This document shows positions 60,365 to 64,000 of a stretch of DNA of 64,000 nt, piece after piece. Position numbers and translations under genes: made by a program. The stretch lies in NCBI GenBank assembly GCA_963771275.1, contig CAVYSW010000003.1, positions 96,001 to 160,000 on the forward strand, given 5' to 3'. Every line of letters begins with the position of its first letter. Positions within the stretch are counted from its first letter, which is position 1. The notes beneath the pieces were generated by a model that did not search any database, was not told the origin of the DNA, and worked only from the letters and a program-made list of their open reading frames with translations. The stretch comes from an uncultured Gemmatimonadales bacterium (GTDB lineage Bacteria > Gemmatimonadota > Gemmatimonadetes > Gemmatimonadales > GWC2-71-9).

Positions 60365-61450
60365 CTAGTACCGCAGGTCAGCGGCTTCGGCGAATTGCTT
60401 GAGCAGGGCCTCCTGCTCCGCGGTCAGCGTATCCGGAATCCGGACCTGGATTTCCACGTACTGATCGCCGCGCGCGCCGTTATGCTCCACTCCCTGCCCC
60501 CGGATCCGGAACCTGCGGCCAGGCTGGGTGCCTGGCGGGACCTTCAGCACGACGCGCTTGTCCTCGACGGTGCGGACGCGGACCCGGGTGCCGAAGATCG
60601 CCTGGGCGAGGTTGATCGGCACGGTACAGTGGAGGTCGTTCCCGTCCCGCCGCAGGAACCGGTCGGCCTCCACCTGCAGCGTGACGACCACGTCGCCCAC
60701 CGTCCCTCCCCCACCGCGCTGGCCCTGTCCCTTGATGCGCACGCGGTGACCGGAATCCACGCCGGGCGCCACGCTCACCATGATGCGCCGCTCGACGCCG
60801 ACCTCCCCCCGCCCGCCGCAGCGTCCGCACGGCTCGGCGGCCACGCGGCCGCGCGCGCGGCAGGCCGGGCACGGACGTTTCACCGCGAACGCGCCTTGCC
60901 CGAAGGTGATTTCGCCCCGGCCCTGGCACTCGGGGCAGATCGTCACCTTCGTCCCGGGGGCGGCCCCCGAACCGCCGCACGTGGGACAGGCTTCCGTGAC
61001 CGGCAGCGTGACCGGGATCTTGCCACCCAGCGCCGCCACCTTGAGCGGCACCGTCGCCGTGACCTCGATGGCCGGCGCCTCCTCCTCCCGTCGGCCCCGC
61101 CCGAAGATCGACGAGAACAGGTCGCCGAGTCCGCCCAACCCCTCGAAGCCGCGCGTGAAATCGAAGTCTTCGGCCCGCGGGCGGCCCTGGGGTCCGGCGC
61201 GCCGCCCGGCGCCGCCGCCCGCAAACGCTCCGTACTTCCGCATCAGATCGTACTGCCGGCGCTTCTCGCCGTCGCTCAGGACGGCGTGGGCCTCGGATAT
61301 CTCCTTGAAGCGCTCCGCCGCCGACGCGTCGTTGGGATTCGCGTCCGGATGGTATTTCTTGGCCAGACGGCGGTAGGCCTTCTTGATTTCTTCCTGCCCG
61401 GCCTTCTCCTGGACGCCGAGGATCTGATAGTAGTCCTTCGCGGGAGGCAT
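60365..61450 (-). CDS. dnaJ: Chaperone DnaJ
   Basis: J-domain HPD, G/F-rich region and four CxxCxxxG repeats. Confidence 0.93.
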   Translation of the reverse strand: MPPAKDYYQILGVQEKAGQEEIKKAYRRLAKKYHPDANPNDASAAERFKEISEAHAVLSDGEKRRQYDLMRKYGAFAGGGAGRRAGPQGRPRAEDFDFTRGFEGLGGLGDLFSSIFGRGRREEEAPAIEVTATVPLKVAALGGKIPVTLPVTEACPTCGGSGAAPGTKVTICPECQGRGEITFGQGAFAVKRPCPACRARGRVAAEPCGRCGGRGEVGVERRIMVSVAPGVDSGHRVRIKGQGQRGGGGTVGDVVVTLQVEADRFLRRDGNDLHCTVPINLAQAIFGTRVRVRTVEDKRVVLKVPPGTQPGRRFRIRGQGVEHNGARGDQYVEIQVRIPDTLTAEQEALLKQFAEAADLRY

Positions 61451-61452
61451 GC

Positions 61453-62103
61453 TCAGGCGCCGTCGGGCCCGGCGTTGGTGTCACCGGTGTCGGCCGGCCA
61501 GACCCGCACGAGCACCCGGGCGGGGCGCAGCAGCTGGCCACCGAACCGGTACCCCACCTGCGCCACGAGGCCCACCGTGTGATCCAGCTCGGGGTGGTCC
61601 GCGGGCACCGTCCCGATGGCCTCGTGCTGATTGGGATCGAACGCCACATCGGCTTCGGTGACGCGCTCGAGGCCTGCCCCGGCGAGCACTCGGAGCAGCT
61701 TGCGCTCCACCAGCTCGACCCCGGCGATCACGTCGCTGGCCGCAGTCGCAGCGGGATCGAGGTGCGCCACGCGGCCCAGGTCGTCCACCACATCGAGCAA
61801 GGCCCCGACCAGCTCCCCCTGGGCGCGGGACCGTAGGTCGAGGCGCTCGCGCGCCGTCCGCTTGCGGAAGTTGTCGTACTCCGCCGCGAGCCGCAGGTGA
61901 CGATCGCGCAGCTCGTCCAGTTCGGCCACGAGCTGCTCGACGGCCGGCGCCTCGAGCGCCGCAAGCGGCGGCTCGGGGGCCGGCGGGGCTGGCGCCTCAG
62001 TCGGCTCGGTCGGCGTCGGCCCGGACCCCGGCTGCTCGGTCATCGTCGGGCCCGATGTCGTCTCGTCGGCTGCCACCTCGTTCGCCGGTCGCTTCTTGCG
62101 CAT
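61453..62103 (-). CDS. grpE: Nucleotide exchange factor GrpE
   Basis: [21 protein letters not shown] and GY......LRPARV. Confidence 0.94.
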   Translation of the reverse strand: MRKKRPANEVAADETTSGPTMTEQPGSGPTPTEPTEAPAPPAPEPPLAALEAPAVEQLVAELDELRDRHLRLAAEYDNFRKRTARERLDLRSRAQGELVGALLDVVDDLGRVAHLDPAATAASDVIAGVELVERKLLRVLAGAGLERVTEADVAFDPNQHEAIGTVPADHPELDHTVGLVAQVGYRFGGQLLRPARVLVRVWPADTGDTNAGPDGA

Positions 62104-62166
62104 GCTCCCTCGGCGTTGCGAACGGGCCGGGAGGCCCGTGCATTACAGGTTCTGCGCTACGGGCTT

Positions 62167-63435
62167 CTAATGTAATCCCCCGGCCGCACCGCTCGGGCCC
62201 TCCAGCATGCGCCGCAGCAGGTCGAGCGCCGCCTGCGTCGCCCGGGCACGGATCTCCGCCCGGTCGCCCGGAAGCCCAAGCCGCACGGTGCGGCGGACGT
62301 CGCGATACGACCCCGCGAGCCAGACGGTTCCCACCGGTTTGTCGGGCGTGCCGCCGTCCGGTCCGGCGACCCCCGAGACCGCCACGGCGGTATCGGCGCC
62401 GAAGCGCGCGCGGGCCCCGTCGGCCATCGCGAGCACGACCGGCTCACTCACCGCCCCGTGGGTCGCCAGCAGCTCCTGCGCCACGCCCAGCTCGCGCGTC
62501 TTCACCTCGTTGTCGTAGGCCACCACGCCGCCGACGAACGTCGCGGAGGCCCCGGCGATGGCCGTGAGGCGCGCGGCGACGAGCCCCCCCGTGCACGATT
62601 CGGCGGTGGCGAGTCGTCCGCCGGCACCGCGCGACCGGTCCAGCACCACCGCTGCGAGGTCCGCCCCATCCCCCCCATAGTACCAGGGCACCAGCAGGGG
62701 GCGGATCGTATCGACCGCTCGTCCGAGCAGGGCCTCCCCCTCCCCGCGCGGCCCGCCCCACACCGTCACCCGCAGATCCACCCCGTCGAACGAAGGCAGA
62801 TAGGCAAGCGTCGCCGGCCGGAGCTGCGGCTCGACCGGGCCGATCCGATCGGCGAGTTGAGACTCCGCAATCCCCGTCGTGCGCAGCACGCGGCTCAGGA
62901 CCACGCTCCCGCCCGCCCGCCGGGCAACGCGCGGCGCCACCTCGTCCGCCGCCAGGGCCCGCAGCTCGTGGGGCACGCCCGGCAGGAGCACGACGACCCC
63001 CCGCCCGTCCTCGAGCCACAAGCCGGGGGCCGTGCCCTGGGGATTGGGCAGCACGGTAGCCCCTTCCGGCACCATCGCCTGCGACCGGTTGGCGACCGGC
63101 ATTGCGCCGGCGCGGCCCAGGCGCCGCCAGCGCTCCTCGAGGCGCGCGAGGTACGCGTCGTCCGGCACGAGACGAACGCCGTAGAGGTCCGCGACGGCCT
63201 GCTTCGTCACATCGTCGTTCGTCGGACCCAAGCCGCCGGTCGTGATCACGAACCGGGTCCGCCCCAGCGCGGCGGCCACGGCATCGCGGATGGCGGCGGC
63301 ATCGTCGGACACGGTCGTCTTCCGGACGACGCGCGCCCCGACGGAGGCCAGGGCGCGCGCGAGGTCGGCCGCATTCGTGTCGATCGTGAGTCCGAGTAGC
63401 AGCTCGGCCCCGATCGTCACCAGCTCAAGGTCCAT
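62167..63435 (-). CDS. cinA: Competence/damage-inducible protein A (MoCF domain plus NMN deamidase)
   Basis: IGAELLLG..IDTN, TGGLGPTNDD, GTAPG, AESCTGG and GAVS. Confidence 0.94.
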   Translation of the reverse strand: MDLELVTIGAELLLGLTIDTNAADLARALASVGARVVRKTTVSDDAAAIRDAVAAALGRTRFVITTGGLGPTNDDVTKQAVADLYGVRLVPDDAYLARLEERWRRLGRAGAMPVANRSQAMVPEGATVLPNPQGTAPGLWLEDGRGVVVLLPGVPHELRALAADEVAPRVARRAGGSVVLSRVLRTTGIAESQLADRIGPVEPQLRPATLAYLPSFDGVDLRVTVWGGPRGEGEALLGRAVDTIRPLLVPWYYGGDGADLAAVVLDRSRGAGGRLATAESCTGGLVAARLTAIAGASATFVGGVVAYDNEVKTRELGVAQELLATHGAVSEPVVLAMADGARARFGADTAVAVSGVAGPDGGTPDKPVGTVWLAGSYRDVRRTVRLGLPGDRAEIRARATQAALDLLRRMLEGPSGAAGGLH

Positions 63436-64000
63436 CAGGCGGTGTCGCGCGCCGGAACAGCTGCCGATACCGGTACAGGTAGTGCACCAGCGAGTACACG
63501 GTGACCACGATGGCGATGGCGAGGGTCGCGGCCACGACGCCGCCGTGGAACCGCTCCCAGGCGGCCCCGAGCCAGCCGCGACGCCAGCCACGTGCGGTGG
63601 CGAGGTCCTTCCACGCGAACCAGAGAATCGTTGCCCCGATGAAGATGTCCTGGATGATCGTCTTGAACTTGCCGGCGCGCCCCGCCGCGATCACCACCCC
63701 GCGGCGCCGCGCGTACACGCGGAACACCGTCATGAAGAACTCGCGCCCGAGCAGCAGCACCGCGACCCAGACCGGGAGGTGGCCCCACCAGGGGATTTCG
63801 TACTGCCGCATCGGGTAGCGCGTGATCCAGTAGATCGGGATCAGCGTCGCCAGCAGCAGCAGCTTGTCGGCGAGCGGATCGAGCAGCTTGCCGAGATCGG
63901 TGATCTGGGCGCGGCGGCGCGCCAGCTTGCCGTCGTAGATGTCGCTAAAGGCGGCGACGAGGAAGACCGCGAACGCGATGAGCTTGGGGACGTAGCCTCG
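63425..64000 (-). CDS. pgsA: CDP-alcohol phosphatidyltransferase (PGP synthase), 5'-partial
   Basis: DIYDGKLARRRAQITDLGKLLDPLADKLL (63860-63945), then RE and GKFKT. Confidence 0.9.
   Translation of the reverse strand, partial: RGYVPKLIAFAVFLVAAFSDIYDGKLARRRAQITDLGKLLDPLADKLLLLATLIPIYWITRYPMRQYEIPWWGHLPVWVAVLLLGREFFMTVFRVYARRRGVVIAAGRAGKFKTIIQDIFIGATILWFAWKDLATARGWRRGWLGAAWERFHGGVVAATLAIAIVVTVYSLVHYLYRYRQLFRRATPPDGP

Overview
High-GC bacterial chromosomal DNA; the gene content (GWxTD-type protein, bshB1, paired amidohydrolases, NtrY-like kinase with a divergent creatininase) suggests Gemmatimonadota, which is an inference. It encodes about 50 envelope, metabolic and housekeeping proteins: RND pump, glycoside hydrolases, tatA, hpt, aminotransferase-pckA, an ECF sigma module, msrPQ, a TolC/MacA/ATPase/4-permease exporter, cysteine desulfurase-mnmA, dnaJ-grpE, cinA and pgsA. 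Small toxin-antitoxin and Uma2 loci lie between operons. Frameshifts cluster in the first ~15 kb and are probably read errors. Best candidate for an undescribed system: two copies (~21.4-21.6 kb and ~47.3-47.6 kb, minus strand) of an RNA-only cassette. Each has a tRNA with a tRNA-Leu body but an Ala (CGC) anticodon, then a sigma70-type promoter and a conserved ~80-nt two-hairpin RNA whose 5' end is complementary to the anticodon arm. This may be a mistranslating-tRNA toxin with an antisense-RNA antitoxin (hypothesis). Second candidate: palindromic 7-bp tandem-repeat arrays at gene junctions that also flank an antisense four-helix-bundle (Avd/IVS-like) gene.
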